From Macrostomum lignano (Eukaryota), in NCBI GenBank assembly GCA_002269645.1, contig NIVC01001711.1:62001-126000 (forward strand): a stretch of DNA of 64,000 nt. The letters are read 5' to 3'. This document shows positions 14,488 to 26,934 of this stretch, in pieces. The notes beneath the pieces are model-generated. The model was not told the DNA's origin, searched no databases, and worked only from the letters and a program-made list of their open reading frames with translations. The position numbers and the translations under genes are program-made. Position 1 is the stretch's first letter. Every line of letters begins with the position of its first letter.

Positions 14488-15161
14488 TTTGGCATCTGGG
14501 ATCTAGGATCTGGGATCTAGGATCTAGGATCTGGGATCTAGGATCTGGGATCTAGGATCTAGGATCTGGGATCTAGGATCTGGGATCTGGGATCTAGGAT
14601 CTGGGATCTAGGATCTGGGATCTAGGATCTGGGATCTAGGATCTGGGATCTAGGATCTGGGATCTAGGATCTAGGATCTGGGATCTAGGATCTGGGATCT
14701 AGGATCTGGGATCTAGGATCTGGGATCTAGGATCTGGGATCTGGGATCTGGGATCTAGGATCTGGGATCTAGGATCTAGGATCTAGAACCTGGGATCTAG
14801 GATCTGGGATCTAGGATCTGGGCTCTAGGATCTGGGACCTAGGATTTGGGATCTGGGCTCTAGTATCTGGGATCTAGGATCTGGGATCTAGGATCTGGGA
14901 TCTAGGATCTGGGATCTAGGATCTGGGATCTAGGATCTGGGATCTAGGATCTGGGATCTGGGATCTAGGATCTAGGATCTAGGATCTAGAACCTGGGATC
15001 TAGGATCTGGGATCTAGGATCTGGGATCTAGGATCTGGGCTCTAGGATCTGGGACCTAGGATTTGGGATCTGGGCTCTAGTATCTGGGATCTAGGATCTT
15101 GGATCTAGGATCTGGGATCTAGGGTCTGGGATCTAGGGTCTGGGATCTAGGATCTGGGATC
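14488..15161. repeat. (GGATCTG/GGATCTA)n satellite, left part
   Basis: 7-mer pairs GGATCTGGGATCTA, interrupted at 15161 by the LINE. Confidence 0.95.
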
Positions 15162-16054
15162 AGCTTCAAAAAGTGTGGAGTGCTGTTGACTCCTATCTGA
15201 TTGAGCTGACTGTCGAGGAGGGAATCTCCATCGGCATTGAGCGGATGGTGCTGCGAAGCACATTCGTTCTTATTGCTCCTAGCAGCGAGGAGGACGCTCG
15301 GCAGCTGCTCCAGTGGCTACCGACGGTCTCCTTGGATGCTGACCTTGGTGGAGCTCTTTTTCTTCGCGAGGGCCAGCGTCCAAAGACGATACCCTACGTG
15401 GTGTTCGTTCCTGCTAAGAGCACCGCAGCTGGACCAGACGTTATTCGCCGGGTCCTACTGCGTCTGAACCCCGACCTCCCTGCTAGTGGACTGGTGTATC
15501 ACTGCCGAGTCCGCAGGGGGGAGACGGGCAACTCAATTGTCCTCGGCCTTTCCAACGCTTGGGCGAGTCGGTACCCTAATGGATCCTCTTTCCAGCTGGG
15601 TGCCCTCAAGCTCAAGATGCGCCGAGGAAAGTCTGCCAAAGGGAAGGCTACTGCCAACCCCGGCATCTCCGGCAAGAGCGGGGCGCAGTCTAAGGCCCAA
15701 GGAAAGGCGCAAGCCGATCCCAAAGCCAAAGCTGCATCTCGCCCCTCTGCTAGCAGCAGTTCGGCGACCGCGGTAACGGCTCCGGCAAAGCCCCGGGAAC
15801 CAAACCTGCCAGTCGGAGAAGGAGTTGAGGACGAGGCCGGGTCTTCGGAATCCGAGCTCTCCTCGGCCACCCTGGTGGGGTCTGAAGGTAAAGATGCAGA
15901 TGAGGAAGCTTCCTCCATCCTGTCATCGGAGCCTGAGGACTCTGCTGGGGGGACCGGTGGGAGTGAGGAGGCCATGGACGTCGACCAACTCCCATCTCCC
16001 AGTCAAGCCCCAGCGGCCTGGGACGAGGACGATCTGTTGTCCAAGTCTCCTTGA
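15162..16054 (+). CDS. LINE ORF1 (5'-truncated; LOA-type ORF1 with low-complexity acidic tail)
   Basis: The frame is open from the satellite junction (CAG CTT CAA AAA GTG...) with no ATG start. It ends with TGA at 16054, 39 nt before ORF2. Confidence 0.7.
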
Positions 16055-16093
16055 TGGCCCTGGGGTCTAGCCAGACACTGCATTTAATACAGT

Positions 16094-19000
16094 ATGACTA
16101 AGCTCCACGCTGCCAAAGGAGCGACATTCTGTCTGCAAATAAATTTACAGCATTGCGTATCTGCGTCAGTAAATCTGATGAAGATTGCTGAGCTGTACAG
16201 GCCAGGCCTCATCCTGATCCAGGAACCCTGGATGCGCAACGGTAAGTTGCCCAACATTCCCTCTGGCTACTCTGAATTTTATGTGTGTGGCCCGGGGAAC
16301 AACCGCCCTAGAGCGGCTATCCTCGCTGCTAGCCATCTCCAGGCTTGGCTGAGGACTGATCTCTCTGATGGAGACCTTTGCGTCATCCAATCTAATCATT
16401 TCTCTCCGCGTACGTGTCTTGTTGCCTCGGTTTATATCCCAGGCGACAGAGACCCTGCTCCCGAGAGTTTACTGCGCCTCGCGCAGTACTGCAAGTCCCA
16501 GAACGCTGAGCTGTGCTTAGGGGGTGACCTCAACGCGCACCACAAGCACTGGGGCAGCAAAGATACCAACACTAGAGGAGAGGAGCTTCTGGCCCTCATC
16601 TCTAACACAAACCTCATGCTCTGCAACCGCGGCAGCACTCCTACCTTTAATAATGGCAGATGGACCGAGGTCCTCGACGCCACACTCGTTACCCCAAGAC
16701 TCTTTGACAGAGTTGAGGAGTGGAGAGTCTGGTCTGAGGAGCCCTCCCTGTCTGACCACTGCTTTATCGCCTTTAATATCGCGGACACTAAAACCCAGTC
16801 TCCGATCACTTGGAGGCGCAATATCCGCAACACTGATTGGGCGGCCTACAAGGCTGCCCTTGATCTGCACCTGCAGGAACTCACGGACTTACGTCCGATT
16901 GAGACCTGCGAGGATGTGGATCATATGGCTGAGACGCTGACAGGTTGCATTATTGAAGCCTACGAAGCGGCTTGTCCTGCTCGCGCCTACCAAGGCAAGA
17001 CCTCGGCGCCGTGGTGGAACCCGGAACTGGGGAAACTCAGGCGGAAGGCCAAAAGCCTTCATCGCCGTGCCATGAAGACCGGAAACCCGGAGGACATGGA
17101 GCTTTTCCGGCAAGCCTCCCGCAATTTCAAATCTGAAGTGCGCAAGGCCAAGGAATGTAAGTGGCGCCAATTCTGCAATGAATTGGATCAAGACAGACCT
17201 ACTTCTAGGCTTGTCAAGGCCCTTACAATGGACAAAATGTCCAAATTAGCCATGATCAAAAAAGATGACGGCTCTCTTACTAAAGACCCTGAAGAAGTGC
17301 TTCAGCATATGCTTAGCACATTCTTCCCGAGGGTACCTACTGCTAGACCGGAGCCCAACCATTCGATGGATGGAGCCACCCTAGCGGCGGGCATTGTCAC
17401 TGAAGACCTAATCGCTCGTGCGGTCAGAACCTTCAAACCCTTCAAATCTCCTGGACCTGATGGTATCTACCCTGTTCTCCTTCGTGAAGCAGCCAAGATA
17501 CCCTCGTTCCTGAGACTCACCCGCAATCTTATGCGGGCCTCTATCCAGCTGGGATACGTTCCCAAATGCTGGACTGAAGCTCGGGTAGTCTTTATTCCCA
17601 AACCTGGGAAGGGTGACTACCAAAGCGTCAAGGCCTTCCGGCCTATTAGCTTAACGTCAGCAATGCTTAAGCTCACTGAGAGGCTTATTCTCTGGCGGCT
17701 GCTGTCCTGCGAGCTGACAGCGATGCCCCTCAGCAATAATCAGCACGCCTTCCGTACCGGGAGGTCGACTGACAGCGCCCTGCATGCGATTGTCGAGAAG
17801 ATTGAAAGGGCGGTACTGGGTGACGGTTACGCTCTGGCTCTCTTTCTTGACATTGTTGGCGCCTTCGACAACGTTATCTTTGAAGCGTTTCAGAGGGCCC
17901 TTCAAAATCGCAAAGCTCATGCTACCCTCATACGGTGGATCATGTACATGATCTCCAACCGTACGGTCACTGCCCAACTTCTTGGGCAAACTGCCTCCAC
18001 CAGAGTCTGTAAGGGTGGACCCCAAGGCGGAGTCCTCACCCCGACGCTCTGGAACCTGGTCATGGACGCTCTTCTGAGTGACTCCCGACCCGACCCCGTC
18101 TTCAAAGTCGGGTATGCTGATGACGTCACGGCCATTGTGGCAGGACCGTCTCCCAGCACGCTCAGGGATCTGATGCAGAGCTTTATCTGCAAAGCAGAAA
18201 CCTGGGCCAATGACAATGGTCTGGAACTCTCTGAGCCCAAAACCGTTGCCATTATGTTTACCAGCAGACTACGCTGGAACATACGTCCTCTGCAGCTCTA
18301 CGGCAGAGATATTGCCTTCGCGCACCAGACCAGATGTCTCGGGGTCACACTTGACCACCGGCTTAACTGGTCCTTCCACGTGAAAGCAAAAGCCAAGCGT
18401 GCCTCAGCCATCCTGGCCCAGCTCCGACGAGCACTTGGCACTTCTTGGGGTCTATCCCCAAAGCGGCTTTGGTGGATCTATACTTCCGTAGTTAGACCTG
18501 CCATTACGTACGCCTCTGTTGTCTGGGTTAGCGCTACCCAGGTCAAAAGCCATGCAGACCTGCTCAACAAGATCCAAGGCAGAGCGTGTAGGCTCATCTG
18601 CAACGCCACCAGGTCCACGCCCTTTGCTGGCATGGGGGCCTTCCTTAATCTACCGCCTCTTGACCTCTTCGTCAGGGGTGAGGCGGCTAGAACGACGCGG
18701 CGTCTAATTGATGCCGGCGTCAAATTCATTTACATGAGAGCACCTGCTAAGCGGAACCTTGTCCCGCATAGCGACCTGTGCCTCAACTTTCTCAACGAGT
18801 GTCAGGCCAATCGCGTCTTCACCGATGGCATTGCCTCAACGCTCAACCTGAGACAGCGCTACTCCGTAGCTATCGACTCGCGCGATAACATCAATGACCA
18901 ATGGAACCTTGGTGAGCTTCATTGCTACACCGACGGTTCTAAGCAGTCAGCCAACACCGGCTTTGGTGTTGGAATCTTTCTGAACGGGAGGGTCATCGCT

Positions 19001-19838
19001 ACCCACGCTCAATACACTGGGGTCAACTTCAGTGTTTTCCAAAATGAAGTTCTGGCAATCAGCTCCTGCACTGCAGAGCTTCTCGCCACTGGCGTTATTG
19101 GCAAGAACATCATTTTCCATTCGGACAGCCAAGCTGCCTTGCACGCCATCAGTGGCTGCAGCACCAACTCTGCTACAGTCCTCGACTGTATCAAACTTCT
19201 CAACGTGTTGGGTTCCGCCAACAAAATTACCCTTAAGTGGGTTCCGGGGCATGTGGGGATCCGAGGAAATGAGTTGGCTGACTGACACCCTTGCAAAAGT
19301 TGGTGCCTCCGGCTCCTCTCTCGGCCCCGAACCCCTTGTCCCGATTCCTGGCTGTGTCATCGACTCGCGCATCAAAGCGTGGATCAGGACTCAGCACCGC
19401 TCGACTTGGGCGAACCGCACGAACTGCAGGCAATCCAGAGGCGCTGTCCCTCAGCCCTCTCACCAGCTCCGGAAGCTCCTCTTGCGCCTCTCGCGCAGAG
19501 ACATCCGGGCTGCCACCATGACCCTCTCTGGTCACGGCTGCTTCTCCAGGCACCAGTACCTGCAGGGCAACGCCACCAACGCCACCTGTAGTTTCTGCAA
19601 CTCAGGTGACGAAACTGCTGAGCATTTCGTCAGCATCTGTCCCGCCTTCACGCGGGCCAGACTCACTTACCTCGGGCCACACACATGTATTACTGAAGCG
19701 TGCAAACCCGAAAACTTTAATCAGCTCACGCGCTACCTTCGGGCCACCCGCAGGGCTGAACTCTCCTTTCCAGAGAGCACTATAGCTGCTGGCGACACTG
19801 GGGGACCTCCCTGGGCGGCGCCAACCCTCCGTCCATAG
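16094..19838 (+). pseudogene. LINE ORF2 (endonuclease, reverse transcriptase, RNase H, zinc knuckle) broken by one 4-bp duplication
   Basis: APE motifs IQEPW, GDLNAHH, SDH. RT motifs PGPDG, FRPISL, QHAFR, FLDIVGAFD, PQGG, YADD. RNase H motifs YTDGS, E, SDSQA, NELAD. CSFC-x8-H-x4-C knuckle. TGAC is duplicated at 19279-19286, creating the stop at 19283-19285. Removing it joins the 19287-19838 frame (about 1246 aa). Confidence 0.92.
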
Positions 19839-19941
19839 CGACGCGTCGGCCGTTCAGGGATTAGCGGAATGGGCGCCCGCGCCTTCCCGCTGTATCCCCT
19901 CCGGGACAGCCCTGCAGCTAAGTCAAGTAAGTCAAGTAAGT

Positions 19942-21604
19942 ATCTGGGATCTAGGATCTGGGATCTAGGATCTGGGATCTAGGATCTGGGATCTAGGATC
20001 TGGGATCTAGGATCTGGGATCTAGGATCTGGGATCTAGGATCTGGGATCTAGGATCTGGGATCTAGGATCTGGGATCTAGGATCTGGGATCTAGGATCTG
20101 GGATCTGGGATCTGGGATCTAGGGTCTGGGATCTAGAATCTGAGATCTTAAATCTAGCGTCTCAGATCTAGGATCTGGGATCTAGGATCTAGGGTCTGGG
20201 ATCTAGGGTCTGGGATCTAGGATCTGGGATCTAGGATCTGGGATCTAGGATCTGGGATCTAGGATCTGGGATCTAGGATCTGGAATCTGGGATCTAGGAT
20301 CTGGGATCTGGGATCTAGGATCTGGGATCTGGGATCTAGGATCTGGGATCTAGGGTCTGGGATCTAGGGTCTGGGATCTAGGGTCTGGGATCTAGGGTCT
20401 GGGATCTAGAATCTGAGATCTTGAATCTAGCGTCTCAGATCTAGGATCTAGGTTCTAGGATCTGGGATCTGGGATCTAGGATCTGGGATCTGGGATCTGG
20501 GATCTAGGGTCTGGGATCTAGAATCTGAGATCTTAAATCTAGCGTCTCAGATCTAGGATCTGGGATCTAGGATCTAGGGTCTGGGATCTAGGGTCTGGGA
20601 TCTAGGATCTGGGATCTAGGATCTGGGATCTAGGATCTGGGATCTAGGATCTGGGATCTAGGATCTGGGATCTAGGATCTGGGATCTAGGATCTGGGATC
20701 TAGGATCTGGGATCTAGGATCTGGGATCTAGGATCTGGGATCTAGGATCTGGGATCTAGGATCTGGGATCTAGGATCTGGGATCTGGGATCTAGGGTCTG
20801 GGATCTAGGATCTGGGATCTAGGATCTAGGGTCTGGGATCTAGGATCTGGGATCTGGGATCTAGGATCTGGGATCTGGGATCTAGGGTCTGGGATCTAGG
20901 GTCTGGGATCTAGAATCTGAGATCTTGAATCTAGCGTCTCAGATCTAGGATCTAGGTTCTAGGATCTGGGATCTGGGATCTAGGGTCTGGGATCTAGGGT
21001 CTGGGATCGAGGATCTGGGATCTAGGATCTGGGATCTGGGATCTAGGGTCTGGGATCTAGAATCTGAGATCTTGAATCTAGCGTCTCAGATCTAGGATCT
21101 AGGTTCTAGGATCTGGGATCTGGGATCTAGGGTCTGGGATCTAGGGTCTGGGATCTAGGATCTGGGATCTAGGATCTGGGATCTGGGATCTGGGATCTGG
21201 GATCTAGGGTCTGGGATCTAGAATCTGAGATCTTGAATCTAGCGTCTCAGATCTAGGATCTAGGTTCTAGGATCTAGGATCTGGGATCTAGGGTCTGGGA
21301 TCTAGGATCTGGGATCTGGGATCTAGGGTCTGGGATCTAGAATCTGAGATCTTGAATCTAGCGTCTCAGATCTAGGATCTGGGATCTAGGATCTGGGATC
21401 TGGGATCTGGGATCTGGGGTCTAGGATCTGGGATCTAGGATCTGGGATCTAGGTTCTGGGATCTATGGTCTAGGATCTGGGATCTGGGGTCTAGGATCTA
21501 TGGTCTGGGATCTAGGATGTGGGATCTGGCATCTGGGATCTAGGATCTATGGTCTGGGATCTAGGATCTGGGATCTAGGATCTGGGATCTAGGATCTGGG
21601 ATCT
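19942..21604. repeat. (GGATCTG/GGATCTA)n satellite, right part
   Basis: Same unit as 14488-15161, with a recurring module AATCTGAGATCTTGAATCTAGCGTCTCAGATCT. Confidence 0.95.
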
Positions 21605-22469
21605 AAGGATGTTTTTATTTGAGGTAAGTCATTTCTGATCTGTAGCTGGCTAGAGAATGACAGGGAGGGGGTAGATGGAGAGTATCTCATGACTGCTCCC
21701 CGGATTATAAACAGTGGAGAGGAAGCGAGAGACAGAGTGTGCAGGAAAAATTCGGTTCGGAGAAGAAGAGACCTGCCCCAATCTTGAAGCAACAATATTC
21801 GGGCTGATGGCAGCTCAACTTGTCAGGTTTGTTCTCAAATTCACAGTCACAATTGACTACTTGCTGGCTTCTCAGTTTCCTCAAGGCAGGCATGGGAATA
21901 ATGAATGCAAGCAGCGAGGCAGCTGACTCAGGCAATTTCCGCTGTTGTGAGCTGATCGCTGCTGCTAGGCGTGGCGGATAGCGGAATCCCAACTTAAGCA
22001 GCTGTCGTATCTGGGATTCGACATGGTCTATCACGGCATGGTCTAAGCAGCTGTGAGGCGGAAATCTCAGTCAATATTTGCTCCAGGATGTTTTTTGCGT
22101 GCTCGAGGCCTGCTTTTTTCTATTCTGGCCACTGGCTGTAAAGTGCGGTCCGACCTTGAGATACCCTGTCTGAGAACTGCATGGCATGGCACAGAAAGGA
22201 TTTAACTCAAGCAAAAGTATACAAGCCGCGCTACAGACGTGACTTTTGTATTTTTATTTTTTGATAAACAGTTATAACAAATAACTGATAAAATAATACA
22301 AGGATTTTGTACCAGTATACAGCCAAGCCGCTTGAATATCTGTTGCGGTGCAAGTGGGATTAAAGTTGCCTACAAATAACACTAAACTTGTTTGCGAGGG
22401 GGTAGGTGAAATCAATAAAATGAATTACTCATGAATTTTTGCAATCTGAACAGCTGAAACTGAAATACA

Positions 22470-23140
22470 GAAATTTTCTCAGATGTGGGGTCATGAACTC
22501 TAATTTTCTCAGGGGTGGGGTCATGACCCCTTAATTTTCTCAGGGGCGGGGTCATGACCCCTAATTTTCTCAGGGATGGGGTCATGAACCCTAATTTTCT
22601 CAGGGGCGGGGTCATGACCCCTAATTTTCTCAGGGTGGGGTCATGACCCCTAATTTTCTCAGGGGTGGGGTCATGAACCCTAATTTTCTCAGGGGCGGGG
22701 TCATGAACCCTAATTATCTCAGGGGCGGGGTCATGACGCCTAATTTTCTCAGGGTGGGGTCATGACCCCTTAATTTTCTCAGGGGCGGGGTCATAACCCC
22801 TAATTTTCTCAGGGGCGGGGTCATGAACCCTAATTTTCTCAGGGGCGGGGTCATGACGCCTAATTTTCTCAGGGTGGGGTCATGACCCTTTAATTTTCTC
22901 AGGGGCGGGGTCATGACGCCTAATTTTCTCAGGGGTGGGGTCATGAACCCTAATTTTCTCAGGGGTGGGGTCATGAACCCTAATTTTCTCAGGGGCGGGG
23001 TCATGAACCCTAATTTTCTCAGGGGCGGGGTCATGACGCCTAATTTTCTCAGGGTGGGGTCATGACCCCCTAATTTTCTCAGGGGCGGGGTCATAAACCC
23101 TAATTTTCTCACGGGCGGGGTTCAGGACCCCCTAATTTTT
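22470..23140. repeat. 30/29-bp minisatellite
   Basis: Unit CCCTAATTTTCTCAGGGGCGGGGTCATGAA. Many units carry the 14-bp palindrome GGGGTCATGACCCC or a near match. Confidence 0.93.
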
Positions 23141-23939
23141 TCAGGGAGAAGTCCGCCGACTCCCTTGTCGTCCCCCCCTAGATACGTCAGTGGTAAAAAG
23201 CAGAAAAATGTAGCAAAACACGTGCAACATTCCGGATAAAATTGAAGTTACACAAAGAAATCACAAACAAAAATATCGTTGGATAATAGCATAATTCTTT
23301 TTTTCAAAAAACATTTTTGACTTTACCAAGTCTGACTAGTTTAAAAATACACCGATCAAAAGTTTTACAGCCTTCCGCCAACTTGCATAAATGTACGAGT
23401 GTAGTAAAACAAAAAACGCGGCGCATCGAAAGAGTTTAACAAAATAATTTTTTTAAACTAAAAACTTTCATAGAAATGGGACGAATTTGATTTATATAAC
23501 AACTGTCGATGAGTTGCGGATTAAATAATGCATAAATATAGATAAAAAATTAACAGATATTAGAGCAAGCACAGTTCACACAAATACAAGCGTTACAAGC
23601 GCTGCATCAAATTATAATATTGAAAAAGCGGAAACAAAAACTGCCTACAGATTTCACCAAACCGACTCAAAAGCGGACTACGAGTATAAAGCTACGGAAA
23701 ACTTTTTACAACAGCCATGCGTGCGTGCAATCAATCGTGCAGTCTTGCAATGCGGACGCTTCGTTTCTTCTGTGGTTTCTTGGAATTGAAGTTCGAATTG
23801 CTTATTAAATATTCGACTTGGGCGTCCCAACTATGGTCGCGCAATGTTTCACTGAATCATTGTTACTTTGCTCTCCTCTCCAGGTTCGCCTTTCTCGTAC
23901 CTGAGTTGAGGAAGTCGGTTCGCGGCTTTATTCTTAACT

Positions 23940-24884
<945 letters not shown>

Positions 24885-24900
24885 ATAGAAAACCTCTCTC

Positions 24901-26121
24901 TCACCTGACTGTCAAGTCAGCGTCGCGGTCGACACGGTCGACGTCTTCAGCCTCGTGAACTTCGCATTCGGTTTCAGTAGTCCCGTTATTTGAGGCGGCG
25001 GCGCCAGTCTCGGCAATCATCGCAGCCTCCTGATTGGTCCCGGTGGCCTCGTTGTTGTCCTCCGTCAGGTTGTCATCCTGAATTCCGTCCTCAGGTCCGA
25101 CGTGGCCACCGTTCTGACGCTGGCGGCTCTTGTCGACGGTGGAGTACCGGTAGGACGTGTTCAGCCGCGAGTCACTCCGAGCGGCATTGGGGGGCCGCTT
25201 CGGGAACAAGCAGGGCAGGATGTTGCGGAACTCGTTCTGGAAGTTGGCGTTCATCCAGCCGTACAGGAACGGGTTGTACATCACGGAGCTCATGGCCAGC
25301 AGGTGGCACACGAAGAAGAGGCTGCGGAACAGGCCCTCCGAGGTTATGCCGACATCGTTCAGCATCCACAGCAGGTTCAGCGGGATCCAGCACACCACGA
25401 AGATGACCACCATGGCGATGAGCATCCGGTTGGTGCGCCGCTTCCTGCGGATGTCCAGCTCCTCCTTGCTGCGCGACTTCTTGGCCAGAGTTTTCTTGTG
25501 GCGATTCTTCAAGCTGATGCTCACCTTGGAGTAGCAGGCCGTGATGATGGAGCAAGGAATGAGGAACTGCAGCACGAAGCTGATCACGGTGAAGACTGGC
25601 CGGTATTCGGGCTTCCAGTCCTCCACGCAGCTCTCCGTTGCCGCCTCGTCCGAGGACTTCACGCGCTGGAACACGGCGATGGGCAGGCTGATGAGCACGG
25701 CCACCAGCCAGATGATCACCACGATGAGCAGGCAGAGGCCCGTCTTCATCCGGGGCACGAACGGGTGCACAATCATGCAGTAGCGTTCAACGGCGATGGC
25801 CGTTGAAGTCAGGGTCGACACGTACACGGAGACGCCCATGGTCATCGGCATGAGCTTGCAAACTGCGCCCGGCAGCGTCCAGGTCTGCATGAACATCACC
25901 GTCGGCGTCAGCGGCACGTTCACCGTGCTCATGATGACGTCAGAGATGGCCAGGTTGGTGATGAGGATGTTGGTGATGGTCTGCATGCTGCGCTTCCTCA
26001 GTACAACTGTGATCACCAGCAGGTTGCCCAGGGTGCCGAGCATGCAGATGATGGAGTAGAACAGGACGCACAGCGACTTCACCCACATCGGGTGGGTGGG
26101 GATGGTCGCGTTGTGGCTCAT
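24901..26121 (-). CDS. class A neuropeptide GPCR, NPY/NPF-PrRP/sNPF receptor family, 406 aa, intronless CDS
   Basis: Seven hydrophobic segments. Motifs GN (TM1), NLAISD (TM2), C in ECL1, AVERY (TM3), W and P in TM4, QFLIP (TM5), CWIPLN (TM6), MSSVMYNPFLYGWMNANF (TM7). The ATG at 26121 gives N-terminal MSHNAT with an NAT glycosylation sequon. Confidence 0.93.
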   Translation of the reverse strand: MSHNATIPTHPMWVKSLCVLFYSIICMLGTLGNLLVITVVLRKRSMQTITNILITNLAISDVIMSTVNVPLTPTVMFMQTWTLPGAVCKLMPMTMGVSVYVSTLTSTAIAVERYCMIVHPFVPRMKTGLCLLIVVIIWLVAVLISLPIAVFQRVKSSDEAATESCVEDWKPEYRPVFTVISFVLQFLIPCSIITACYSKVSISLKNRHKKTLAKKSRSKEELDIRRKRRTNRMLIAMVVIFVVCWIPLNLLWMLNDVGITSEGLFRSLFFVCHLLAMSSVMYNPFLYGWMNANFQNEFRNILPCLFPKRPPNAARSDSRLNTSYRYSTVDKSRQRQNGGHVGPEDGIQDDNLTEDNNEATGTNQEAAMIAETGAAASNNGTTETECEVHEAEDVDRVDRDADLTVR

Positions 26122-26367
26122 TGCAGGCGGGCGACTCGGTCTGGGTTTAATGGAATGGGTGGCTACGCGTGTATACAGACAGCACTCAGCAACGGTTGAG
26201 GCTGACCCCTCCTGACTCGGACAGACATTATCAGTCAGAAGACGCGGGGTCACGAGCACGCAAAAGTGGCGCCCGTGGTGGTGGCATCAGGGAGGCGCAG
26301 CCAGGTACTTTCCAATGTGTACATGCAACCCGGAGTTCGATTCCTGCTCGCGCGGTCACATTACTGT

Positions 26368-26490
26368 GAAATGGCGCCAGAGCTATATACTTTGAAATGG
26401 CGCCAGAGCTATACTGTGAAATAGCGCCAGAGCTATACTGTGAAATGGCGCCAGAGCTATACTGTAAAATGGCGCCAGAGCTATACTGGG
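26368..26490. repeat. 24-bp tandem repeat, about 5 copies
   Basis: AAATGGCGCCAGAGCTATACTGTG upstream of the GPCR CDS. Confidence 0.85.
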
Positions 26491-26934
26491 AAATGTGGTT
26501 ACCAAACCTTGAACTAAGGCTCAAAAATAGTTCTGGCTTCAAAACGCATTGAGCTGCATATTTTATTAATAGAACTCCAAAAAAAGAGTTGAGTACAATT
26601 TTCACTTGAATAAAACTTCAATTTGCCTTTCGTTGGCAGGCAGGCTAAGGCAGAGTCTGCCCCAGCATATGCAAATATGCCAGCCCAGTGCCAATACGAG
26701 AACTGGGTTGGGTAAGTTTGCTCAGGGGATTAATAAGTGTCTTCATATTGCTGCTGCCATTAATGATTGGGTTGATTGATTGGCGCTGTCCTGAGGAATT
26801 CATTATCAATCATCAGGCTTACTACTCTCCTAATTATGATGATTTGACAGCATCATCAAGGCTCTGGACTCTCTGTAGATCGCATCCGATAAAGTAATTC
26901 GGCAGCCTTGATGACTTCAGCGACTGCATCGATA

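Larger units (their letters stand above)
15162..19941 (+). mobile_element. non-LTR retrotransposon (APE-RT-RNase H-CCHC, LOA/Lian-like), 5'-truncated, inserted in a satellite
   Basis: Two ORFs, short 3' UTR and a tandem tail AAGTCAAGTAAGTCAAGTAAGT (about 19919-19941). The same GGATCT satellite lies on both sides. Clade assignment rests on the RNase H, the following GPEP motif and the C-terminal CCHC (inference). Confidence 0.93.

Noticed and set aside
15150-19955. Target-site duplication of the LINE (ATCTGGGATC on both sides)
   Set aside because: Cannot be distinguished from the periodic satellite itself, so TSD length is undefined.
21705-22034. 109-aa minus-strand ORF in unique sequence
   Set aside because: No recognisable domain, non-ATG start, and no convincing splice sites linking it to neighbouring genes.
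23150-23200. CCCCCCCTAGATACGTCAGTG resembling a MITE terminal inverted repeat beside the 30-bp array
   Set aside because: No complementary terminus found on the other side of the array.
25102-25806. Long antisense or alternate-frame ORFs over real genes (also 42034-42738, 51202-51565, 55551-55886 and within the LINE)
   Set aside because: Shadow ORFs expected from GC3-rich codon usage. No recognisable domains.
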